Positions 52,588 to 64,000 of a stretch of 64,000 nucleotides of DNA are shown here, one piece after another. The stretch comes from Eledone cirrhosa. Lineage: Eukaryota. The notes below the pieces were generated by a model that saw nothing but the letters and a program-made list of their open reading frames with translations, was not told the origin of the DNA and did no database searches. Numbering within the stretch: position 1 is the first letter of the stretch; the number at the start of each line of letters is the position of its first letter. The stretch lies in the NCBI GenBank assembly GCA_964016885.1, contig OZ024753.1:28210001-28274000 (forward strand), written 5' to 3'. The translations under genes were made by a program, and so were the position numbers.

Positions 52588-53394
52588 CTACAAGGAGAAG
52601 AAGAAAAATAAGGCAATAAATTTCTGTGCACTGAAGAATTTTTCTTGAAATTTGCAGAAACAACATAAGTATTAACCCTTTTGATACCGATCCGCCAAAG
52701 AATTGGCTATGAGTCTATCTATGTAACAAAAAAACAACAACAATAAAACTAATTTCAAAAGGGGTCCATTTCAAATCAAAATCTTCCAACTATTTTATGT
52801 CAGAACCTTTTAACCCGTTAGCATTTACATTACTCTATATATACTATTGCATTTTCACGCTAAACACATCTCACATAACATCGAATCTAAGAGATTTTGA
52901 TAGTATTTGTTTTGAGAACAATACGTTAATATCAGTATTAGCAGCTGGTTACAGCCGGTTTGAACAGAAAGAGGTGAGAGAATTCTGGTTGAATATGGCT
53001 GGTTTAAATGCTAAAGGGTTAAATCCTGTCAGGGCCTACATTTCTAGTTATGGACGAATACCAACATAATGAAATATTAATTTTAGTAAATCCTTCCAAA
53101 TTCTTCATTAATTAATTTAAATACAGTGTATTTCATTAAGAATTTGGAATTGAAGAAAGGATTAAAATGAGAGAGGTTGACATTTCCATGACAATTTCTG
53201 AATTCTATTCCAACAATGTAGCACTGACTACAATGAAAAGCTGGTATGTGCATTAAATGTCAAAAGTGATTCACCTCAGCACAAACATGTCTTCTTGTAT
53301 ACTGTCCCAATTAATCGCTTCTCTATATTATATTTTTCTAGAGAAGCATATAATATCGAATGAATAGAAGTAAACATACACACACACACACGTA

Positions 53395-53815
53395 CTCCAG
53401 GTCCGAACACGGAGGAGCCAAACTCCTACTATCATCGCCTCCATCTCTCATTATTATAAGCAAATGGGCAAATAGGGCGGTGGATTGGCAGTATCGGTAG
53501 AGGGTCGGACGCCATGCTTTCCAGCATAGTTACGTCCCTTTACGATCTGAGTTCAAATCCCGCCGAGGTTGACTTTGCCTTTCATCCTTACGGGGTCGAT
53601 AAAATAAAGTACCAGTAATGCACTGGATAATTTCTGGTCTTGTGCCTAAAGTAGAAACAATTATTATAAGCAAATGGAGTCCCACGCCTTGGCCGCTTCA
53701 CGGCCCCAGTGGACAGAATAGAGAAGGCGTTTTCCCCAAGGATGTTGAGGGAGATGCACTGGAAGAGCCATTCCATCTCCCGAGGCTTCTCTATGATTCA
53801 GGAATCATGAGTTAG
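53395..53815 (-). mobile_element. CRE-like retrotransposon 3' end interrupted by a SINE
   Basis: PREMEWLFQCISLNILGENAFSILSTG resembles the CRE C-terminal FLFQRLS.AIQRGNA.SILGT. Confidence 0.6.
53476..53660 (+). mobile_element. SINE family A with 18-bp TSD; other partial copies near 9265, 13290, 23290, 23410, 33600, 33750, 34970, 36350, 38215, 44065, 47030, 54740, 54910
   Basis: TSD attattataagcaaatgg at 53450-53467 and 53660-53677; same body as the other family A copies. Confidence 0.9.
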
Positions 53816-55564
53816 ATCGTCATAAATTTCACTTAGCATTTTGTGTATAGATTTGTGAATCAAATAGTCCTTCAGTCTATATATTCATGCTGTGTGTGTA
53901 TGTGTATGTATGTGTTAATGAGGATCCTATATATTCATGATGTGTGTGTGTGTGTGTGTGCGCATGTGTATGTGTGTTAATGAGGATCCTATATATTCAT
54001 GCTACGTGTCTATGTGTGTGTGTGTGAGTTAAAGAGGATCTAACCAGATACAATATGAGATTTAGTGAAACAGCTACCCTTACCACAGATTGAGGTCAAT
54101 AACAAAAACAGATTGGCCAGTCATAATAATAGAGGGTCTTTTTTCTTTTTTTTTTTGAGATATGATTTTCACAAGCAGACTCCAGTTACAAGCAGTGATC
54201 AAAACACCAGAGAAAATGGTTAAAAGATCAGAGCCTGTAATGTACACACAGACAAGTATTAGTCCCATACAGCTATTATATTAAAGTAGTAGTATGTTTC
54301 ATGTAAAATTACTAGAGAGAGAGAGGAGGGAGAGAGAGAGAGAGAGAGATATGGTAGCAATGCTAAAAATGTGTTTTTAATCTGACAACTATGGAGTAAC
54401 GCGACTCAATAAAGTGCAAAGTTGAGATATATTGCCCCCAGCCTGGATTGTAGAGCCTGATGCTCTCTCCTCTCTTTCCTTTATACTTGTTTTTTAACTT
54501 TTTTATGCAAACATCAATGAATTTAAAATTTTTTTTTCCATTTTTCAATAAATTTGTTTTGAGATTTTCTCATAAAAAAAGAAAAGAGTTGATATAGAAA
54601 ACTCAAGAGGACATGGATTAATGGAAGCACAAGAGCAGTGGACAAAATGTAGCATTAAGTTACATCTCTTGACATTCTGAATTCAGCTTTACTTTCATTC
54701 TTCCAAGAGTCAATAAAATAGTCTCAAGTACTGGAATAATAATAATTGTTTCTACTTAAGGCACAAGGCCAGCAATTACCCAGTACATTACTGGTACTTT
54801 ATTTTATTGACCCCGTAGGGATGAAAGGAAAAGTTAACCTCGGTGGGATTTGAACTCAGACTGTAAAGGGACGTAACTATGCTAGAAAGCATGGCGTCCA
54901 ACCCTAATGATAATTGTTTCTGATTTAAGCACAAGGCCAGCAATTTTGGGGAAAGGGTAAGTCGATTAAATCACTCCAGAGCATTACTGGCACTTTATTT
55001 TATTGACCCCGTAAGGATGAAAGGCAAAGTCAACCCCGACGGGATTTTAACTCAGACTGTAAAGGACCGTAACTATGCTGCAAAGCAGAGTGTCCGATGC
55101 TCTACCGATTTTGCCAATCCATCGCCTTCAACAACAATAATAATAATAACAATAAACATGAAGTAAATATGTGGTTCATGAATAACAAAGTGGACTGAAG
55201 ATAGAGTCAATTATTACTTTGCTTTAAAAGACAGCAGTGGAGTAGAAGGTCTAGAGTTAGTAATTGGAAGCAATTCTAAATTGGAAATTCAGAATTACTG
55301 GCTATATAGTCAGGAAGATTAAATGGAGTGTGAGGAAAGCGGAGAACGAAGAGAAAAATATTAAAAACCCCCAAGAAAAATATTAAAAATCCTCAAGATT
55401 TCCATAGATAAAACTGCTTTTCATGACATGATTAGATAAGGCAATGATGTCTAACAAATACATGTATGTATGTATGTGTAAATATGAATATATATACATA
55501 TATACATATCTCCAAAATAACTAAAACTGAATACAACTGATTTTTCAGCTAATATACTCTATAA

Positions 55565-56260
55565 CAGGGTTTCCCAACCTGGGCAATATCGCCCACCACT
55601 GGGCGATTAGCAACTGAGCAGAAAATGATGGGCTGGATGATGTAGGATTTTGAATATTAAGAAGGTATTTCAACATATGCTACCCAAAAATAATATTCAA
55701 AGGAGATATGGAAAGAACCTGCATCCCCCCCCCCCAAAAAAAAAAAAACAAAAAAAAACAGCAGGGTAAATGGGAATAACTGGGTCACATTCCTAGATAA
55801 GATATAAGCATCCCTACAAATAAGGGACATTTTGGTATTTTTTATAATTTTGAGAAGAGTCATTAACATCCACATAATTCTTTTGAATGAAATAACATTT
55901 AAAAAAATATATAAATCAGAGGTGAGAAGTCCAAGAACAACTTTGTCAGTAAAATTAAAAAGTGACCTCAGGATAAACTCATCAATGCCACCAGCACCAA
56001 GACACAGGTGCTGAGCTCTAAGAACTCTGACAACAGACCCCAAACTAAATGACCTCAATACATTATTGGAAGGAAAGCAAAAAATGCTTCTTAGCTGTAA
56101 ATCATCCATCATTGCCTTCATTTCTAAATTAACGCTCTATAAGATGAATATTTCAAGACGTCAACTCCAATTTCAATGATTCAATAGCTTAAAAGATGAA
56201 TTGGTTGATGAGGTTGTCATTACATTTCGTGATTATTTGCAACCATTGCATGATGACAAA
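55565..56260 (+). mobile_element. Decayed hAT (Charlie-like) transposon pieces
   Basis: cagggtttcccaacct end at 55565; KLNDLNTLLEGKQKMLLSCKSSIIAFISKLTLYKMNISRRQL (56042-56170) and KSDLRINSS resemble Charlie/ZBED transposase segments. Confidence 0.55.
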
Positions 56261-59200
56261 ATGTTTCTATATTTTATTATCAATATTCATTTTTTGTAAG
56301 TTTTAATATAATGAACTTTTCAGTTATATAATGATTTGTGGTATATTTGGTATTGAATCTTGTACCTTCAGCTGTGTATTAGTCAAAGAGAAGGATGTGA
56401 TTTTGTGAATGGTGTTCATTACAGCCAGATATCCTTCAAATCATTTTACCATTTTAAAAAAATAGGAAAGACACTTTCGATAATATAGTCCTAAATTCTT
56501 GGAGTAGGTGGTGCATTGAGTTCTTGAGCAAAACACTTCATTTCACATTGCTCTAGTACACTCCAGCCAGAATTCCCTCACCTCTTTCTGTTTAAACCGG
56601 TTGTAACCGGTCGCTCATACCGACGTTAAGGTATTGTTCTTCAAATAAATAATATCAAAACCTCATAGATTTGATATTATGTGAGATAAAGCCTTTTCTG
56701 TGAAAATACATTAGTAAATATAGAGAAATGTAAATGCTAAAGGGTTAAACAATTCCTATGATAACCGGTGCCTTGAGAATGATCATATACATGTCAACAA
56801 GTAAATAACTGAAATCTCAGAGCTTACAAATATGCACAACATGCAGGAAATAATACTGCTAGGCACTGCACACATATTACAGAAAGTACTATCAATGATA
56901 GAAAATATAAAACACTGGGGTGCACTAAGTAGTGCAATGAAATCAATGCTGACGACAATGTATTAGTCATATACAGAAGTTATATAATCAGACATAGAAA
57001 TGATGCATAGTTGATATATATACTGGCTAGTGAATGAGGTCACCAAATATTAACAAGTGAGAACAAGAATGTATAACTTGAACTTTCAGACGATATAAAA
57101 AGTCATGTTTGGTATTTGGTTTAAGTAAAATAAAATAAAATAAAATTAGTTTCCTATTCCTGTGCAGAGCTATTCATATATTCATATCAAAGATCACAAA
57201 TGTTTCTCACCTCGTTCTGTTCAAACCGGCTGTAACCGGCAGCTCATACTGATGTTAAGGTATTGTTCTCAAAATCTCATAGATTCAATATTATGTGAGA
57301 TAATTATGTATGGTCAAGCCTTTACTGTGAAAATATAATAGTTTATATAGAGTAATGTAAATGCTAAAGGGTTAATCTTAAATACATCTAAAAGCATTGG
57401 AGAATTATGGATTGAATGGCCGTGATTAAGTCTGACCTGGGGCTAAACAGCAGCTACAACACTCAATAAGTTTTCTGCTTACAGTTGGGTTGGCTGGGTT
57501 GATGCCAACAAAGCAGTTTATAAATTACTTCACAGACTTAATAAAACTGTTTGCAGCTGCAAACACTATACAATCTGAGAAGTTCGCTGATATATGTGTG
57601 TGCGTGTGTCTGTGAGTACCAATATGTATGTGTGTGTGTCCGTGTGTGTGACTTTATATGTCAATGTGAACCATTACATGTATGTATGAATGAACAGAGG
57701 TGGAAAATTGGCAGTCATTAGAAAAAGTCATTCTTTCTTATATCTTTCTCACTTCCCCTCTATCACACTCTTATATATCTCTCACTTCCCTCTCTATCAC
57801 ACTTTTATATATATCTCTCATTTCCTCTCTATCACTCTCTCCTTCTCTGAAAGAAATTGACTTGTGTTTAGACCAGGAAAGAAAGGAATGGGCTCTGACA
57901 AGATTTATAATGCTCAATCAACAGCATGTCATTACAGTGCCACTGCGACTCCATTAGGAATTATGGGTCCATACATACATGAACAGGTGTGTGTGTATGA
58001 GTGAACATTTGAGTGTATGTGTGTGTGTGTGTGCAAACTATTGTATGTATAAGTAAACAATTGAGATGGTGTGTGATGTGAGGCAGTATGCATACATTAT
58101 ACTATGTGTGTGCACTTAAAATAAGATATTGAGTGTGTGTGTGTAAATCTCAGAGGGTGAGACTCATGGTGTTGCTATTTCCCTCCCCATCACACTTTTG
58201 AACATCAGGACCTGGCTTATAGCTCCATGCAAAAAATTATTCTTTAAACTACAGAAAACAATAAAACAAACACTTGTATAGCAAAGAACCTCACCTCTCC
58301 AGCCAAATCTCCCTCAAAACATACCATGCCATCTTCCCCCAAACAACTTGCTTAGGTTTGCGCTCTGGAAAGGAACTTTCCAGATGCATTCTCCTGGTCA
58401 GTCATTAATGAAGGGGGCCCTACATAATCGTTTGACATGTTAGAAACAATTTTGAAAATGGTCCCAGAATTTGGAGAGATTTAATAATATAACTTTCTCA
58501 TTATTAAGCTGGTATCTAAGATTCCTACATAAAATTATAATGGAAAGTTATTAAATGAATATAAATAATAATAATAATGAAAATATTGTGCACAGTGTTC
58601 AGGTGCACTACAACTCATCAAAAGTGTATGTATAGTACATATGGTAATGTACAAACGTCAGGAAAATGAACAGTGCATGAGTCATGATATACACATTTGT
58701 GCATGTGTATGGAGGGGGGACATCAGGTATAGTTTTGGCGAATTTCGAAAGCATGACGGTTTTAAACTGTTTTGTTTCATGTAACCAAGGACAATTTCAC
58801 ATGGTTTGATATCCAAAAGGTTTTGAACAACAATAGCACAACCACTAATACCAGCAAAATAACAACAACAACAAAAAGTTTCCTTTTTGAAATTTGTCAA
58901 ACTTCATTGATATGAGTTCATAAACAAGATTTATCGAAAATAAAATCACATTCACATTTCAAACACTTTCAACGTTTGTAGTAGGATGTCTATATGTCTA
59001 TGTGTGTGTGTGAGGTTTTTAGACAAGAGGCAAATCCATTAGTAAAATAAAAATATCAATTGTTACTAATTGATCTTTTAATTAAATTTCTCTTCACCAA
59101 AATACTATTATATTGTTATTTTTAACATAATTCTATCAAAGTGCAATAAATCTTTTCATTTAATCTTTTTTCTTTTAATCTTAGTAATTAAATATATAAT

Positions 59201-59840
59201 AATCACTTAATTAAATGTTAACATTTTGGTGGAGAGGTTTGCCTGGGTATGGAGTTTTGTTTTATTTTATTTTATCTTATTTTTCCACTCAGGACAAAGC
59301 AATGTCATTATTAGAATTTGAATCACAAATCATATACTGCATTCTTTTAGTTATTTTTACATCTAAATAATAATACAAGGTATATTATATTCTATGATAC
59401 AGAAGTGTTGTATTCTTGAAAATCTTGCCATAACCCTTTACCATTTACGACCTGTGCAGACTGGAAAAGAACGAAGCATGCATGCTCCATTGGATGTGTA
59501 ATACACGAACGGCAAAACATAAATGAACTAAGCGAGAAATTAGGAATAAGAAGGATTAGATGCTGTTTACTTGAGAGAAGATGACGTTGATACGGTCACG
59601 TGATGCGCATGAAAGACGACAGCTGTATAAAAAAGCGCAGGGCGATCAAAATTGATGGAAGTTACAGAGTAGGTAGACCCTGTTTTTTACATTCTAGCAT
59701 ATGCCAGATAGTCCTATACGAGCGAGACATGGTCACTCGACCAACCTTGCCTCAAGTGGGACAACTCCCATCTAACCCATGCTAGCGTGGAAGATAGACG
59801 TTAAACGATGATGATGATGATGATGATGATTACTCTATAG

Positions 59841-60000
59841 CAGGGTTTCCCAAACTTTTTCAAATGTGGAACCCTTTTTGGTTCAGAAACTTTTAGGGGA
59901 ACTCCAAAGTCTAATACTGATATAAATATACTCCTCTATCTTTTTTCATGGAACCACACACACTCTTTTGCAGAACCCTTGGGTTCTGAGGAACCCACTG
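59841..60000. mobile_element. hAT (Charlie/MER5-like) MITE
   Basis: cagggtttcccaaac...gaacccactg ends; 8-bp TSD ctctatag/ctctatac. Confidence 0.75.
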
Positions 60001-60784
60001 CTCTATACTATTGTATTTTTGCAGTAAAGGCTTTATCTCACATAATATCAAATCTATGAGATTTTGATATTATTTATTTTAAGAACAATACCTTAACATC
60101 AGTCTGAGTGACCAGTTACGGCTGGTTTGAACAGAATGAGTTGAGAGAATTCTGACCGGATACGGCCGGTTTAAATGTGGAAAGATGCTGTACTGAGAAG
60201 AGCCCGTCCAACCCATGTGAGCGTGGAACAACGTACGTAAATTGATGATGATCATCATCATATATATATATATTGTTTGGAATTTGATTTTAGATTTGTA
60301 ATCAAATGTTCACATATTCATTTTTTTTATCCTTTGAAAATCTTTCTTTCAGGCATTATTCAATTTAGAATTCAAAGTTCCACAAAACATACCCAAGCTA
60401 TGATTTCCTTCTTGCTACAACAAACATTTACCAGTACTGACCATTACTGTATAAATGTGTATATATATATATGTATGCGATGTATGAACTACGTATATAT
60501 ATGTATGCGATGTATGAATTACGTATGTATATGTGTGTAAGATATATGAGGTGTGTGTGTATGTATGTGTCCAAGTGTATGTGTTTATGTAAATGTGAGT
60601 CACAATAGTCTAGTGGCTGCAAAGAAGCCAATTAATGTTGATTCTTTATAACAGCTATTTTCTGATATTGACTAACTACTAATCAGTAGTGTGTCTTCTC
60701 TCTCACTTAACACCAACACAACATTGCTGTAGCCACCTCTCAGAAAAGGAGGAGAACAGAGTAAAATATACTTAGTATATATAC

Positions 60785-60899
<115 letters not shown>

Positions 60900-60903
60900 T
60901 ACA

Positions 60904-60990
60904 TACAGGGTGTCCCAAAAAATGTATACATACTTCAGCATTCTAATAAAAGTGTGTATACATTTTTGGGGGGGGGGGGGGCACCCTGTA
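60904..60990. mobile_element. Tc1/mariner-type MITE; related copies at 46915-47170 and 37203-37260
   Basis: ta-cagggtgtcccaaaaaatgtatac...gtatacatttttggg...caccctg-ta: TIRs with TA TSD. Confidence 0.7.
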
Positions 60991-61395
60991 TATATGTATA
61001 TATATATATATATATGCCAGTTAAAAAAAGTCTACAGAGAAAAATATCAAAGTGAAAAGCATTTATAGCTACCACTTAACTCTGACAATATCAACAGAAA
61101 TTGTGAAACACTCATTTAATGAACCTCAAAATATAGTAGAGTTAACTTGAAATAAGAACATAATAATCTCAAGTTAACACAAATAAACACAAATTAAAGT
61201 GAAAAGCAAGCAATATCTAGATTAAACTTAAATGTTATAAAATCACATCATACAGAACTTTTGGGACAAGAAATGGAAGGGAGAAAATATCCACCAAATG
61301 AAATGAAGCTTGAGGAAATTAAAGAATAGAATAGTCAATACTTTAAAGAAGCTCAGTACCAAGTCACAGAAGACATTTTCATTTTTTAGCAAGAG

Positions 61396-61430
<35 letters not shown>

Positions 61431-61914
61431 AATTTTGATTAGAGGGAAGAAGTAGCCTCTCTACTTCATCATCGTTTAATGTCCACTTTCCACGCTAGCA
61501 TAGGTTAGACGGGTTGTCCCATTTCAGGCAAGGTGGGTCAGGTGACCATGTCTTGTTCATATAGAACTCTTTCTGGCTAGATTTCTACAGCTGGATGCCT
61601 TCCTGACACCAACCACATTTACAGTGTGGACTAGTTGCTTTTTGTTGTGACTTTTACACGACCAATTTACAGTGGCATCCATATGTAAGTATAAAAACAT
61701 ATATATGGATGCCACACATATATGGCCTACATATATATATGTATAAAAACATGTATATATGTAGGCCTTTTCACACTTAAAAAACCTTCAAAGCACAGGC
61801 ATTGCTTGTTCAGGATCTGTTACAGGTTGGTGAGGCTGGCCGTAGCCTAAAGGTGCACCAAACTCTATAATCTGACAAGCGATTGCAAACTCTTGCAGAG
61901 TTTGCAGCCATCAT

Positions 61915-64000
61915 ATCATCATTATCATTTTACGTCCGCTTTTCCCTGCTTGCAAGGGTGGGACGGGTCTTATTCAGCACAGCATCTCTCCACTCGTCAT
62001 GGTCCTTCGTCATCTCCACCGTGAGCTTCAATGATCTAAGGTCTGTTCTCACCACCTCCGCCCATGTCCCTCGTGGTCCACCTCTACCATGTCTTCCCTC
62101 AACTGGCATCTCCTGGCACCTCTTCACTCATCGGTCATCCTCCATGCGCATCACATGTCCATACCACCCCAGTCTCCTCTCCGCACACTACATTCCATCC
62201 CTCTCAACACATTCATGCTGGGTCGCTCACGCACATTTACACTGCACATCCAACGGAGCATGCTTGCCCCATCTCTCTCCAGCCGTCGCACATCCTCTGC
62301 AGTTGCTGCCCATGTCTCACCACCATGCAGCATCGCGCTCCTCACACAGGCATCATACAACCGGCCCCTCGTACGCAGGGAGAACCCCTTCTTCGTCAAC
62401 AGAGGAAGCAGCTCCCCAAACTTCCTCCAACCCGTCCTTATTCTAGATACTATGGCCTCGGAACACCCTCCTCCCATGCTAATCTGATCCCCTAGGTACT
62501 GGAAGCCACCCACCACCTCCACAGCGCCCCCCTGCATCTGAAAAATGTGTCTATCAATGTGACTTCAACTGTCTAATTTCCCTGTACATCCACTGCACAC
62601 ATACTTCTCCCTACCTGTCAGTTTGCCTGCCATCCCGCTACATCTCTTGTGTACCCAGGATCTGCATTGTGTGCATTTTATAGAATTTATGCCAGTTCCC
62701 TTTCTGCACATCGAACATGGCCATTTCCCTGACGGAATCAGGGTTTTGTCCTCTTTTCTACTCATCAACACTTTTGTCTTAGCTAGGTTCACTCTCAGTC
62801 CTCTTGCTTCCAACTGCTGTTTCCATAGCCAGAATTTATTCTCTATCTCCTCTACTGATTCTGCTATAAGAACCAGATCGTCAGCACAGAGAAGTTCCCA
62901 TGGACAGCCAGTCTTAAACTCCTCTGTTATGGCTTGGAGGACTATAATGAACAAGAGCGGGCTGAGGACCGAACCCTGATGTACTCCTACTTGTATCTGG
63001 AATTCCTCACTAAACTCCATTCCTACCCTGACTTTACTGAGAGTACCTCTGTACAAAGTTTGCACTGTCCTCACAAGCCATTCCTCAACACCTAGCTTCC
63101 TTAGGGACCACCAGATGACAGATCGGGGTACCCTATCAAAGGCCTTCTCTAGGTCAACAAAGGCTAAGTATAGTGGCTTATTTCTCTCTAAGAACCTCTC
63201 TTGCAACTGTCTCACCAAGAAGAGGGCATCTGCTGCACCCCTCCCAGGCACAAAACCAAACCGCATCTCATCCAGTTTGACCCTTTCTCTAATTAGTTGT
63301 GCTAATATCCTTTCTGCCACTTTCATAACCTGATCTATCAGTTTTATACCCCTATAATTGCTCCTCTCCAGAGCATCCCCTTTACATTTGTAGCAATTTA
63401 TGAGAATACTGCTGCACCAGTCTTTGGGTATGACACCACCATATATAGCCTGATTGATGATGCGTGCAACCAGTCTAGTGCCCACATCGCCTGATGCCTT
63501 CAGCATCTCAGCAACTATTCCCGATGGTCCAGCAGCCTTACCATTTTTCATTTCCCTAATCGCCTCTTGGACCCTATATTTGTCAATCTCAATAGCTGGT
63601 CCCTCTGTCGGATCTAACAAGGGTAATTTCTCTCTCTCCCATTCGTTCTCCACATTCATCAGTCTCTCATAATGACATTTTCAGGCCTCCTTTTTCTGAT
63701 CATTGTACACCGGCATCATCCCGGACACATTTATCTCCAACAACATCCTGATTTGTATTGACACACTGCCTTGCAATGTGGAACACCGCACGCCTCTGAT
63801 CTTCCCGTTGCAGAACATTGGCAAACTTCCTACTCTCCACCTCCCTGCGTGCTAAGTACACCCGACGTTCAGCCTCTCTCTTAGTGGCTGTATATTCTTC
63901 CCTACTCCCACCCTTTTTCCAAGCCTTCCATGCTAGTCTTTTGTCTCTAATGGCCTTATCTACTGTGCTGTTCCACCACCAGGTCACTCTCTGTCTGGTT
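61915..64000 (-). mobile_element. RTE-clade LINE, 3' half, disrupted; runs off the window end
   Basis: ORF 62565-63659: KAAGPSG, NYRGIKL, FGFVPGRG, AFVDLEKAFDRV, GVHQGSVLSPLLF, CADD (YADD mutated); frameshifted continuations at 62151-62537 and 61930-62127; ATG-type microsatellite tail. Confidence 0.95.

Overview
AT-rich, repeat-dense eukaryotic DNA. The SINE, RTE and microsatellite content suggests an octopod cephalopod (inference). Bases 492-9838 (+) hold the last nine coding exons of MAP3K1/MEKK1: the end of the TOG region, a long low-complexity exon, a UIM-like helix and a complete kinase domain. About 7 kb of compound (TA)n satellites follow. Tail-to-tail with MAP3K1, on the minus strand, is the main surprise: three tandem, mutually very divergent heterotrimeric G-protein gamma-subunit-like ORFs (19512-19745, 34342-34557, 41809-42024). 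Each ORF lies whole within one exon behind its own splice acceptor. The C-termini differ (CHLL, CTIL and non-canonical CILCFK), as does retention of the DPL and NPF motifs. The rest is a mosaic of mobile elements: RTE, CR1, CRE-like and Penelope-like retroelements (with hammerhead ribozyme motifs), two tRNA-derived SINE families, piggyBac-, hAT- and Tc1/mariner-type MITEs, a non-autonomous Helitron, foldbacks and minisatellites. Coordinates were counted by eye and repeat boundaries are approximate.
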